From the NCBI GenBank assembly GCA_026770705.1, contig JANJGN010000021.1:89032001-89096000 (forward strand): a stretch of 64,000 nucleotides of DNA. The letters run 5' to 3'. This document shows, piece by piece, positions 1-12,013 of this stretch (position 1 is its first letter; each line of letters opens with the position of its first letter). The DNA comes from Isurus oxyrinchus (Eukaryota). The translations under genes were made by a program, and so were the position numbers. The notes beneath the pieces are model-generated. The model was not told the DNA's origin and did not search any database. It saw nothing but the letters and a program-made list of their open reading frames with translations.

Positions 1-406
1 ATTAAATCCGTGATAATTAAGTTCGGGTTTGGTCCCGTCACTGCTGAATGAACATTGGCGCGCAGCCAGTGGGCAAAGTGAGGGCAGAAATAATCACTGG
101 AAGGGATTAAGTGGACAGGAATCAACTAAAATTTACACCTTTCACAATCTCAGGACGCCCCAGGGCCTTTCGCCCGCAGTAAAGTGCATTTAAAATGTAG
201 CGGCCGTTGTAATGCCAGGAAACGTCAAAGGCAGTTCGTGCAGAGCAAGATTCCAGTATTAATAAAATAATCCTGCCATTCCAGGAATTATTTAGGTGAG
301 CATTTCTTAGACAAAAGCAAAAAACTGCGGATTCTGGAAATCCAAGCAAAAACACAAATACCTGGAAAACCTCAGCAGGTCTGAAAGCATCAGCGGAGAG
401 GAACAC

Positions 407-445
407 AGTTAACGTTTCGAGTCCGTATGACTCTTCAACAGAACT
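407..445 (-). ncRNA. Minimal hammerhead ribozyme-like motif (U6 variant) in PLE 3' end
   Basis: - strand AGTT-CTGTTGA-A-GAGTC-atacg-GACTC-GAAA-CGTT-AACT. Confidence 0.6.
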
Positions 446-781
446 AAGGAACAATAGAAAAGTGGTGAAAGAGAAACTGAGCTAAGGTGGGTGGTGGGGG
501 GTTGGGGGGGAGTGGTGGGGTGTTGGGTCAGGTAGAGCTGGATAGAGGGCCAGTGATAGATGGAGATAACCAAAAGATGTCATATACCAAAGGACAAAGA
601 TGTGTTGAAGGTCGTGATATTATCTGAGGAATGTGATAATAGGTGACATTAAGGTTAGAAAGCAGGACGAGCAAGGTTCAGAAAGGCCTAGTGAGGGTGG
701 GGTGGGGGGGGGGGAAGGGATCGAAAGAGGCTAAAAGGTAGAGATAAAACAATGGATGGAAAAACATTTTAAAATAATGGA

Positions 782-976
782 GATAAAAACAAAAAAACTG
801 CGGATGCTGGAAATCCAAAACAAAAACAGAATTACCTGGAAAAACTCAGCAGGTCTGGCAGCATCGGCGGAGAAGAAAAGAGTTGACGTTTCGAGTCCTC
901 ATGGCCCTTCGACAGAACTTGAGTTCGAGTCCAAGAAAGAGTTGAAATATAAGCTGGTTTAAGGTGTGTGTGTGTC

Positions 977-1023
<47 letters not shown>

Positions 1024-2158
1024 CGGGGGGGGGGGGGGCGGAGAGAGAGAGAAAGAGAGAGAGAAGTGGAGGGGGGTGTGTGGTTGTAGGGACAAACAAG
1101 CAGTGATAGAAGCAGATCATCAAAAGATGTCAACAACAATAGAACAAAAGAACACATAGGTGTTAAAGTTGGTGATATTATCTAAACGAATGTGCTAAAA
1201 CGCCTCAACCCCTTCCTATGGCACCACCCCATGCCCACGCAAAAGTTGCAACACCTGCCCCTTCACTTCCTCTCTCCTCACCGTCCAAGGGCCCAAATAC
1301 TCCTTTCAAGTGAAGCAGCATTTCACTTGCATTTCCCCCAACTTAGTCTACTGCATTCGTTGCTCCCAATGTGGTCTCCTCTACATTGGAGAGACCAAAC
1401 GTAAACTGGGCGACCACTTTGCAGAACACCTGCGGTCTGTCCGCAAGAATGACCCAAACCTCCCTGTCACTTGCCATTTTAACACTCCACCTTGCTCTCT
1501 TGCCCACATGTCTGTCCTTGGCTTGCTGCATTGTTCCAGTGAAGCCCAACGCAAACTGGAGGAACAACACCTCATCTTCCGACTAGGCACTTTACAGCCT
1601 TCCGGACTGAATATTGAATTCAACAACTTTAGGTCTTGAGCTCCCTCCTCCATCCCCACCCCCTTTCTGTTTCCCCTTTCCTTTTTTTTCAATAAATTAT
1701 ATAGATTTTTCTTTTCCCACCTATTTCCATTATTTTTAAATATCTTTGAATCTTTTATGCTCCCCCAACCCCCACTAGAGCTATACCTTGAGTGCCCTAC
1801 CATCCATTCTTAATTAGCACATTCGTTTAGATAATATCACCAACTTTAACACCTATGTGTTCTTTTGTTCTATTGTTGTTGACATATTTTGATGATCTGC
1901 TTCTATCACTGCTTGTTTGTCCCTACAACCACACCCCCCCCCTCCACTTCTCTCTCTCTCCGCACCCCCCCCCCCCCCCACTCCCCCCACCCTCCCCAAC
2001 CACACACACACACACCTTAAACCAGCTTATATTGCACCTCTTTCTTGGACTCAAACTCAAGTTCTGTCGAAGGCTCATGAGGACTCAAAACGTCAACTCT
2101 TTTCTTCTCCGCCGATGCTGCCAGACCTGCTAAGTTTTTCCAGGTAATTCTGTTTTTG
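782..2158. mobile_element. Young Penelope-like insertion with inverted arms (782-~1198 minus, 3' UTR; ~1203-2158 plus, GIY-YIG EN + 3' UTR), nested in an older PLE
   Basis: TSD tttaaaataatgga at 768-781 and 2159-2172; ORF 1310-1639 with NLVYCIRCSQCGLLYIGET. Confidence 0.92.
881..919 (-). ncRNA. Minimal hammerhead ribozyme-like motif (U6 variant)
   Basis: - strand AGTT-CTGTCGA-A-stem II-GAAA-CGTC-AACT. Confidence 0.6.
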
Positions 2159-3991
2159 TTTAAAATAATGGAAATAGGTGGGAAAGGAAAAATCTATATA
2201 AATTATTGGAAAAAAAGGGGGTTTGGAAAGGGGGTGGGGATGGAGGAAAGACTTCATGATCTAAAATTGTTGAACTCAATATTCAGTCCGGAAGTCTGTA
2301 AAGTGCCTAGTCAGAAGATGAGGTGCTGTTCCTCCAGTTTGCATTGAGCTTCACTGGAACAATGCAACAGGACAAGGACGGACATGTGGGCATGAGAGCA
2401 GGGTGGAGTGTTGAAATGGCAAGCGACAGGGAGGTCTGGGTCTTGGTTGCGGACAGACTGAAGGTGTTCCGCAAAGTAGTCACTCAGTCTGCGTTTGGTC
2501 TCTCCAATGTAGAGGAATCCGCATTGGGAGCAGCAAAAGTAATAGACTAAATTGAGAGAAGTGCAAGTGAAATGCTGCTTCACTTGAAAGGAGTGTTTGG
2601 GCCCTTGGACAGTGAGGAGAGAGGAAGTAAAGAGACAGGTTTTGCACCATGCATGGGAAGGTGCATGGGAGGGGGTTGAGGTGTAGTGGTGTTGAAGGAG
2701 TAGACCATGGTGTCTCAGAGGGAATGATCCCCGCGGAATGCCACCAGGTGGGGTGAAGGGAAGATGTGTTTGGTGGTGGCATCATGCTGGAGTTGGCAGA
2801 AATGGCGGAGGATGATCCTTTGAATGTGGAGGCTGGTGCGGTGATAAGTAAGGACAAAGGTGACCATATCTTGGTTCTGGGAGGGAGGGGAAGGTGGGAG
2901 AGCAGTTGCACAGGAGATGGGCTGGACACGGTTGAGGGCCCTGTCAACCACCGTGGGTGGAAAACCTCGCTTAAGGAAGAAGGAACTGTTCTTGAATGAG
3001 GCATGATCAGAACAGATGTGACGGAGGTGAAGGATCTGAGAGAATGGGATGGAGTCCTTACAGGATGCGGCATCTGAGGAGTTGTAGTCGAGGTAGCTGT
3101 GGGAGTTGGTAGGCTTGTAATGAATATTGGTGGACAGTCTATCACCAGAAAGTGAGACAGAGAGGTCAAAGAAGGGAAGGGAACTATCAGAGATGGATCA
3201 TGTGAAAATGATGGAGGAGTGCAAATTGGAAGCAATTTTAATAATTTTCCAGTTCCAGATGAGAGCATGAAGCAGCACCGAAGCAATCATCGATGCACCA
3301 GAGAAAGAGTTGTGCTCGGAGGCTGGAGTAGGACTGGAACAAGGACTGTTCCACATACCCTATAAAAAGTCAGGCATAACTGGGGCCCATGCAGGTACCC
3401 ATATCCACACCTTTGATTTGGAGGAAGTGAGAGGAGTTTAAGGAGTAATTGTTCAGTGAGAGAACAGGTTCAGCCAGATGGAAGACAATAGTGATGCATG
3501 GACATTGTTCGGGCCCCTGTTCGAGGAAGAAGTGGAGAGCCATCAGACCATCCCAGTGGGTGATGGAGGTGTAGAGGGATTGGACGTCCATGGTGAAGAG
3601 GAGGTAGTTGGGGCCAGGAAACTGTAACTGATTGATATGATGTAGGGTGTCAGAGGAATCACGGATGTAGGTGGGAAGAGACTGGGCAAGGGGGGAGACA
3701 ATGGAGTCAAGATAGCAAGAAATGAGTTCCATGGGACAGGAATAGGCTGCCACGATCGGTCCACTGGGACAGTCCTGTTTGTGGATTTTGGGTAGCAGGT
3801 AGAAGCGGGCCGTCCGAGGCTGGGAGACTATGAGGCTGGAAGCTGTGGAAAGAAGATCTCCAGAGGGGATGAGGTCAGTAACAGTCCTGGAAACAATGGC
3901 TTGATGTTCAGTGGTGGGATCATGGTGCAGGGGGAGGTAGGACGAAGCGTCTGCGAGATGACGGTCAGCCTCTGTGAGGTATTTCTTGGAC

Positions 3992-5445
3992 TCCCTCTAT
4001 GGCAAGTACATCATTCCTTAGAAAGGACACCAAAGCTGTACACAATACTCCAGGTGTGCCCTCACCAAGGCTCTATGCAATTGCAGCAAAACCTCTCTAC
4101 TCCTGTGTTCAATCCTCTTGCAATAAAGACCAACATATCATCTCCCTTCTTAATTGCTTGCGGCACCTGCATGTTAGCTTTCTGTGACAAATGAACAAGG
4201 ACACCCAGGTCCCCTCCGACATCAACATTTCCCAACATCGTGGATGTAGATCATCAGGTCCAGGGTGTTTATCACTTTTCAGTCCCATTGATTCCTGAAC
4301 TATTATGTTTTTACTAATACAAATTTCTTTCAGTTCCTCATTCTTGGTCATCCCTTGGTTCTTACTTAAAGGATGCTTTTTGTTCCTTCCTCCATGAAAT
4401 CGGAGACAAGGCAGTTGTTTAGTTTCTCTGCCATTTCCTTATTTTCCACTACAAATTCTCCTGCCTCTGCCTGATGAGCGGAGTCCCACAGGAGTCTGTT
4501 CGGGGGCCTCAAATTTTTTATAATTACATCAATGGCTTAGATGAGGAGAGCGAAGGCATGGTAGCTACATTTGCAGATGAGGCAAATGTAGGAAAGCATG
4601 TTGTGAAGGAGATATAAGGAGTTTGCAGATGGATATTGATAGGTTGAGTAAGCGGGCAAAAATCTGGCAGATGCATCTAAGTGGAAAATGCAAAGTCCTT
4701 CACTTTGGCAGGAAGAATAAAAAAGCTGAGATTGACTTAACTGGAGAACGAGTGCAAGATTTTGAGGTGCAGAGGGATCTAGCTTTTCTAGTGCTTCAGT
4801 CACAAAAGTTTAATATGTAGATACAACATGTAATCAAGAAGGCTAATTGAATGCTATCCCTTATTATGAGAAGAATTGAACATAAAAATATTTTTGCTTC
4901 TGTTATACAGGGCTCTGGTGAGACCATATCTCGAATACTGTGTGCAGTTTGGCCTGCTTAGGTAAGGAAGGATGTATATATATTGCAGGTGGTTTAAAGA
5001 TAGATTCTTGTTAGGCAAAGGAGTGAATGGTTATTGGGGGTAGATGGGGATGTGGAATTTGAAAGACCAACAGATCAGCCATGATGTTTTTGAGAGGCGG
5101 AGCAGGCTCAACGGGCCAAACAGCCTACTTCTGCTCCGATTTCCTATGTTCCTCTGTTTGTATGCAATGGACCCACATGTTTCTTGCTAATCTTTTCTTT
5201 GTTACAAATCTATAGCAGCTTTTAGATCTTATGTTTCTCGCTAGTTTACTCTCACATTTATTTTCTCTTTCTTTGTCATTTCTTAGTCCTCCTCTACTAA
5301 ACTCTAAAATTCTCCAAAACCACGTGCTTAAGTTTGTTTTTGGCAACATTACATGGCTCCTCCATTGGCCCAATACAATCTTTAACTCGTCTTGTTAGCC
5401 ATGGGTGGATTAACTTTCTTGCTGGGATTTTGTGCCTCAAAGAAT
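3992..5445. mobile_element. Mosaic of degenerate CR1-type LINE fragments in both orientations
   Basis: Fragments such as LKSDKHPGPDDLHPR, KCKVLHFGRKNKK and a CR1-like 3' UTR near 5020-5150. Confidence 0.8.
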
Positions 5446-6415
5446 TGTCATGCTCAGCACAAGCACGAGGATATTGAATATTATGGACTGTATAATCATA
5501 CTTTGTGAAAGTGGTCGCAATTTCTGTTAAGATGTCTGCAACTTAACATGTGACAATGGATTGCTAAACTGTGGACAGTATTCGATTCTGTAGTCAATAT
5601 GTAATTAAACTTGAACCCAAATAAGGGCACTTTTAGCACCCACTTGTGAAATTTAAGCATCCAGTTGTGGTAGGATGAGCCAGAGTTTGAGAAATATGAC
5701 ATCTCAAGGCTGTCGAAGTGCCATATTGAATGAAGGAGACATTTTGCGTTCAAGTTGGAGCAGAGGTGAGAGTGAATGAGCATTGCCAATTACTGTTGCA
5801 TCATGGTGGATTGGGCCCCAGAGGTGTTAACACTACAGTCATGTGATAGAAATTAACTGTCAGGCTGCAGCATAAACCGAACCTCAGCAAAGCAAATCTG
5901 GGTGGTGAAAAAAATCTGAAGCACCAGGAAACATCTAAACATCTGGAGCATCAGAGCTGAAAGTCTTCCAGTTCAGCTTCCAAGTCCACTTGAGAACCAA
6001 GCTATTCATCTACAAGAGGATTCACGGTTTCATGAGAATCCTTTGTTTCTAAAAGACATTCACCCCCAACTAAAGCATCAATTCACCAGGAAGACAACGG
6101 GCCTGCTGTGATATAAAGGATGAATTCTAAATTACATTTTTAAAATTACAGCTTTAATTTTATCTGTGCCTTAAGGTTTTTGTCTGTGATGGTGTGAATG
6201 AGATGCGTGATTGAGACATTGCATTTCAAACATCCAGGGCACGTCTGTGTGATGATAAATAAACCTTCTCTTTTAAAAAAAATCTCCTGAAAGTCTCCTG
6301 CTGGAATTTATTTTGAATTAAGAAAAATCACTCTGAGTGTAAGGAAATACACACACCTTACAGAAAATATACTGATTACGGATCAATAGGCACCGCAGAA
6401 ATCCTATCCCGGACA
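5446..6415 (+). mobile_element. Probable solo LTR inserted in CR1 (5'-deleted paralog at ~15508-16354)
   Basis: TG...CA ends (paralog ends ATAACA), internal AATAAA near 6258, CR1-like sequence resumes on both sides. Confidence 0.5.
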
Positions 6416-7726
6416 GGAAGTTCAGTTTGTTTTAAAACATGTCTTAATTCTTCAGATGCTAGCAATTGCCTGAACGATCATACTTTTTAATGCAGTTTCC
6501 TATCTACAGAGAATTTGCCTCTCATACCTTTGTTGTTTCCTTTGTTTACATTTAAGATGCTCATTTCAGATTGAAATACATCACTTTCAAATTTAATGTA
6601 AAATTCCAGCTTATTATGGTGACTCTTTCATGAAGGTTCCTTTACGAGATTATGAACTATCCCTTTCTCATTCCACAATACCAGATCTAAAATAGCCCTT
6701 TCTCTAATTGGTCCCTCAACATACAATTCCAGAAAATCATCTTGAATATATTCCAGGAAATTGTCCTCCGCAGTATTGTGCTAATTAGGATTACACGGTC
6801 TATGTGTAAATTAAAGCTGTCATTAACGCTGGAGGAGGAGACACAGTGCGAATGTGAGGGAGCAGGATTACTGTCCGCGCACACACAGTTTTCACTCCAC
6901 CCACTTCAGAATTTACATCAATTGTTCTTTGCGCTGCCTCCCAGCGGTTTCACCGGCAAAGACTGAACGCTGAAAAATGCCAGTGTTGTGGCTGTTTAAA
7001 TTAAAAACACGAGTCTAGATTCGTACAACTAATCTGTGCTTCGAGTGTATTTCTACTAAAACATTCAGAGCGAGAAGGAATTGAAAACTTTAAAATATGG
7101 ATGACCCAGGGAAGCAGGAACGTCCACGAAACAGTGCATGACTAAAATTGTCCAGTTAGCCAAAAAGGAAGAAGGAATATTTCATATCATCACAGTTTTT
7201 TGTAATGGTTTTGGTTTCAAAGCTGCTGATGAAATATATCACAGTTACAATGCTGAGATCTACAAAAACGAATAGTTACTGTTAAGATGAGAAAGTTTCA
7301 GCAGTGGAATGTTTAAGAATCAAATAGTCCAGCTCGAGAACCAGATCAGTTTGTACCTGAGGTACTTTTTTGGGAAGGTGGGGAGGTACCAAGTGGGGGT
7401 GGGGTGGGTGGGAGGCGGGAGGTAGGTGTGAGAGTGATTACATTAATCTGCACATCTGTAACAACCACTGTTACATTTATAGTTAGTTTTATCTTGATAA
7501 TTTTCAAAAGCTTTATTAACGTGCACATGCAAACCATGGAGCTCATCTTTCACATATTGTTAACTGGGCGCAAGGCTGAAAACGTCAGAGATACAAGTTT
7601 CCGCTTGTTGATCATTTCTGCTGCTGACTGCTCCCAACCACAGGCTGCTCCATTGAATCGCGTGTACAAAGTGGCCTCCATCTCATTCGGATCCTCTCGT
7701 TCGCTCATTACTTTGATGACGGGAAT

Positions 7727-7802
7727 ATGGGCAGAGAAAGAAGTCGCTTCTTTAAATTCACCAGCGTTTGCCTTTTCACCAGTTACTTTATTTCCACCTG
7801 TG
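7727..7802 (+). CDS. Exon 1 (signal peptide) of single-V-domain Ig receptor: MGRERSRFFKFTSVCLFTSYFISTC
   Basis: ATG at 7727, basic then hydrophobic leader, donor G|GTAAGT; phase 1 joins the V exon in frame. Confidence 0.8.
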
Positions 7803-8559
7803 GTAAGTCCTTTGATTTTTTACAATGAAAGAAATTCTACCTGTAATTTTGCTGGATTCTGTGCGGCTATTTGCTGATGGTGTTTACTCAGAGCTGAGGC
7901 TCCATCACTCACTCATACTGCGAGTGAAGCTAAAATCAGTTCATAAGATCTTCAGCCTCATTCAGCGAGTCTCCTGTGACCTGTCCTCTAGTTAATTTTC
8001 GGCCCTTTAACTGTAGCTGGGATTTATTAATACATAAGCACATCTTCCAGAATTTTTACTATATTGATTATTAATTATTAAGTTGCCAATGTTCTCTTCT
8101 GTATTATAACATGTGTAATAGTGTCAGATTGGATAAGTTGGGATCTGCTAAGCCTTTACTTAATGATTTTATCAATGAATTACTGCAAATTTACGATGCA
8201 GGATTCGGCTACTCGTCCCAACAATTCTAAGCCGATGACTCCTCACGAACCTGCTCCAAGACTTTCCAGTCCATCTCACCCTATCAACATATCCTTTTAC
8301 TCCTTTCTCCCGCATGTCCAGATTCCCTTTGAATTGCAGCTCTCGCCTCAACTGCTCCAAATTGACAGGCGCCTTCTCGCCACGCTGTGCAGCCTGACTG
8401 ACCAGATATACCCCTGTAGCTCAGAGTTTTTTTCCTCACTATTATTCAGCCTGTCCTGCCCACGGCAGCTTTGTGCAAGTGCAAATCACCAAGTCCCACT
8501 CCCCACCTTTAACCTACAATCCAGCAACCCTTGTTTCTCTTCAAGTCATTATCAATTCC

Positions 8560-9640
8560 TAGTTGAACGCCTTGATTGAGTTAGCCTCTACTACATCTCA
8601 GGTAATTCATTCCTGTCATAAACACTCGTATTTCAGAAAGGTTTCCCTTAAGTTCCAGTCCCTTCTTTTATCCACTATCTTAAGTCAGTGTCCGCTAGTT
8701 CTCAATCCTTCTGCCAATGGAAATAGCTTCTCCATATCCACTCTGACCAGACCCCTCAAGATTTTGAATACCTCTAACAAATCTCTTCTCAACTTTCTTT
8801 TGTCCAAGGACAACATTCCCAACTTTTCCAATTTGTCTGCTTAAACTGACGTCTCTCATCCCTGAAGCCATTTTTATAAACCCTTTCCTGCACCCTTCGT
8901 AATTCTTTCACACTCTTCCTAAAGTGTGGTGACCAGAATAGGGCACAATTCTTGTTTGCGGCCAAAGTAGTGCTTTAAAAATGTTTGCGGTGGTTTCTTT
9001 GTTAAGATACACCCCGCTCCTGTTTATAGCTCCCATATGATTTATCTTTTCATTCAATGTGCCTTACCGACTACCAATACACAAATACACATCTCTGCAC
9101 ATCTAGGTGGGGTACCTCTGGTGCTGCACCCCATCTAGAATTATACCATTTCATTAAAATTGCCTCCTGGTTCTTCCTACCAAGGTGAATCTTTTCACAA
9201 TTTCCTGCATTATATTTCCTCAGGTCCGCTCATTTCATCGTCTGTCTCTGTCCTATTGAAGATTCTCACTATGTTCCTCACAGTTCCGAATAATTTCAAG
9301 TTCTGTGTCACCTGCAGGTAATAAAAGTATGTTCTGTGCACTCAAGGCTAAGTCATTAATATATATGGGTGGGAGGGGGCAACATTCTGGGAATCCCATG
9401 ATATAACCTTCCTTCAATCCAAAAATACAACCGTTCACAATGAATCTTTCTTTCACTCGTTCAGCCAATTTCACACCTTTGCTGCTCACGTCCCTTCTAT
9501 TCCATCGGCTCCAGCTTTGCTGACATCTCTGAGCTCTGTCAAAAGGCTTGTTAAACCCACATTGAAAATGTAAATCATCAAACTGTCATTGTTACCCCCC
9601 TCAAAAAAGTCCAAAGAAGTTAGTCAAGCATCTTCCCTTA
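8560..9640 (-). mobile_element. Degenerate CR1 LINE in intron 1
   Basis: IYINDL..., CR1 C-terminal and 3' UTR similarity. Confidence 0.7.
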
Positions 9641-9647
9641 ACAAATG

Positions 9648-9780
9648 AAAGTAAAATACTGCAGATGCTGATAACCTGAGATAAAAACAGGAAATGCTGG
9701 AAAAACTCGGCAGTTTAGGCAGCTTCCGTGGAGAGAGAAACTGAGTGAATGTTTCAGGTCAAGAAACTTTCTTCAGGACG
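9648..9780 (-). mobile_element. Short PLE-derived 3' tail with CTGAAGA hammerhead core
   Basis: Terminal motif tactgcagatgctg...ggaaaaactc; - strand CTGAAGA...GAAAC. Confidence 0.6.
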
Positions 9781-10029
9781 ATTTTATTTCCCTGAACAAA
9801 TCCTTCCTGACTGTCTCTGATTCAATCGGTTTCTTTCTAATTGCCGATTGATCCTGTCCCACAGATTTTCTTTCCAGTCAAGTGTCTTTTTTGCTGATGC
9901 TGCAGGTGTTTATTTTTTATTTGAAACCAATGCGGTGATTTATAACCAGCCTCCTGTGTGAAAACTGTGACTTGGGATTTTAAACAGTTCCTTCCCGAAA
10001 CTGATTCCTTGTTTTTGATGTTGTTGCAG

Positions 10030-10422
10030 CCTCTGGAAGCGGTGTTACTGTGAGGATCCAGCAGAGAGAATTGAACGGGACCGTGACCCAGTCTGTCCTT
10101 CTCCCTGTCTCCTACTCCACACTCACACCCTACTCCGCTTTAAAGATACAGTGGCGTCTATTCCCCAGAGAAACCCCATTTGTGACACTGACCCGATCAA
10201 GCTGCTCCCGACACCCTGACAGACCCGGTTATAACTGTTCAGATCGCACGGAGACCGCTCTTTCCTACCGGCACCGAGTTCACCTCTACCCGGGGAATGG
10301 ATCCTTGTTGCTGCGGGATTTACAGCCCAGTGACAGCGGCGTCTATGTGATATCTGTTTATGCTTTTGGTGAGAATGCAGCCAGGGAAGACATTGTGACT
10401 TTAACCGTCTATAACCAGACAG
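10030..10422 (+). CDS. Exon 2: V-set Ig domain, CD2/CEACAM-N/HEPACAM-like (no B-F disulfide)
   Basis: ttgttgcag acceptor, G|GTAAGA donor, phase 1-1; LNGTVTQSVLLPVSY, IQW, RVHLYPGNGSLLLRDLQPSDSGVY, VTLTV. Confidence 0.93.
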
Positions 10423-10594
10423 GTAAGAGCTCGCACTGTTTTTATCGCATTATACCTCGGTGCTGTTTGTTAATGAATGAACATGTTTCAACTGCACTTT
10501 CCTTGTCCCTGTCGCTTCGAATTGAACCGAATAATGTGAACAATTTGCTAAAGGATTATTAACTTCTCTTTTGAATCTAATGGAGTGGGCGGTG

Positions 10595-10940
10595 GGGGGG
10601 GTTGAGTGGTGTCGTGGTAATGTCACTAGTGATCTGGAACCCGAGGCTAATGCCCAGGGGACACAGGTTCAGATCCCACCATGGCAGCGAGTGGAATTTA
10701 AATTCAGTTAATAAAATCTGAAATAAGTTACGGTGACCACGAAACTATTCTCCATTGTTCTAAAAACACATTTGATTCACTCATGCCCTTTAGGGAAGAG
10801 AATTTGCCAATCTTACCTTGTCCATTCTACATGTGACTCCAGACCCACATAGCAATGCTGTTGCCTCTTAAATGCCCCCACGAGCATTCAAGCGCAATTA
10901 GGGATGGGGAACGAATACTGGCGCCTGCATCCCACGAAAT
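10595..10940 (+). mobile_element. tRNA-derived SINE-like repeat (related copies at ~17750, ~33020, ~37050, ~54190)
   Basis: A-box-like gtggtgtcgtgg, B-box-like ggttcagatcc, shared body and tail among copies. Confidence 0.7.
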
Positions 10941-10991
10941 ATTAATTTAGAAAAAATGACGTTTTTCTAAGTGTCAAAATTCTTGTTGCAG

Positions 10992-11212
10992 ATTCTGGGA
11001 TCCTTCCACCGAGTGTCTCGGAGCGAACGGAGACCCCTAGAGATCTCCCCGAGCACCGAACCGCTCTCCTACTCCGTCTGACCCTCTTTGGCGGTGTCAG
11101 TGTGCTCGGGGCCTGTCTGTACTTGTGTGTGAGTCGGAGATACAGACAGAAGCGACAGCGGCCCAAAAACACACACACAGCCGGAGATGGAGATGAACAA
11201 ATGTTTGTGTAA
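10992..11212 (+). CDS. Exon 3: stalk + transmembrane (with Arg) + short cytoplasmic tail and stop
   Basis: ttgttgcag acceptor, phase 1; DSGILPPSVSERTETPRDLPEHRTALLLRLTLFGGVSVLGACLYLCVSRRYRQKRQRPKNTHTAGDGDEQMFV*. Confidence 0.85.
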
Positions 11213-12013
11213 TTTCATCTATACAACTGATGTCCCCAATAATAACTTCATTACACTGTCCAGGTCCAATTCAAACACTGCTGGAGCTGTCATTAGGGGC
11301 AATGTAGACACATACCCAGCATATGGAATCGATGATGTCCTGTCTCTCCATTTTGCATCATCAATTTTCCATCATTGTTTCAGTTTCTGGAGTATAAAAG
11401 GGAAATGTTGCGGATAATCAGCAGGTCAGTCCGCATGTGTGAAGGGGAAATGACAGGAGATTGGCATTCCCATCGGGAATTTTCCAAACCGCTGGCTGAC
11501 TTTCGACACAATCCCAGAAGTAAAAAAATGGTTTGAGCGATGGTTCGTGCTGTTTCTCCAGGGTTTCTGCCGGTCTTGCCTCGATTTTCCGGCTGAGTGG
11601 GAGATTTCTGCTCCCTCTTCGCCTCTCCCCAGGACATTTTCTGCATTGTAAACACTTTTGTGAAACCCGCTTGCGGAATCCCAGATACAGTCCCAGCGCT
11701 CCAGACCTCAGTGTGAACTGGGAAGATGACTCCTCCCGGCACATCTCCGATAGGAATTCTAGTCCTGTCTTCCGCAAACTCCGTTTGGAAGGTGCCCTTC
11801 CCGCCCTTTGATCTCTTTCCCACAGCCTTTCACTGGGATTCACCGCCGCTGTTCGGCTTTTCTGGTGCATTCTCCCGACCGTCAGTTGCTGCAGTTTGTA
11901 CAATTCACAGCTCATTGACTTAGTGAGTGTGAGTTGACACATTGACCTGCCGTTTTTGGTGATCACTCGCACCTTCTACAGCTGAACTTCAAACTGAGAA
12001 AGAACAAATTCAT

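Larger units (their letters stand above)
313..3980 (-). mobile_element. Penelope-like retroelement, 5'-truncated and frameshifted (RT, GIY-YIG EN, 3' UTR with hammerhead motif); carries a nested younger copy
   Basis: ORF fragments FTMDVQSLYTSI, QIKGVDMG, YIGETKRRL; TSD atttctta/ggac at 302-312 and 3981-3991; empty site present at 14551-14561. Confidence 0.93.
1..7590. repeat. Segmental duplication copy A (intergenic spacer upstream of the + strand Ig gene)
   Basis: 1-312 matches 14251-14561; 3992-~4235 matches 14562-~14800; ~5600-7590 matches ~15505-17575 with scattered substitutions and indels. Confidence 0.92.

Noticed and set aside
832-1159. Poly-Pro/poly-Gly ORFs (also near 1855, 12055, 58628)
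   Set aside because: Translations of the poly-C/G tract in the PLE 3' UTR
10423-10562. ORF extension beyond the V domain (and similar extensions at 50218-50336)
   Set aside because: Lies past a consensus splice donor; intronic read-through
11380-11972. Several 90-180 aa ORFs on both strands
   Set aside because: No recognisable domain or supporting splice structure
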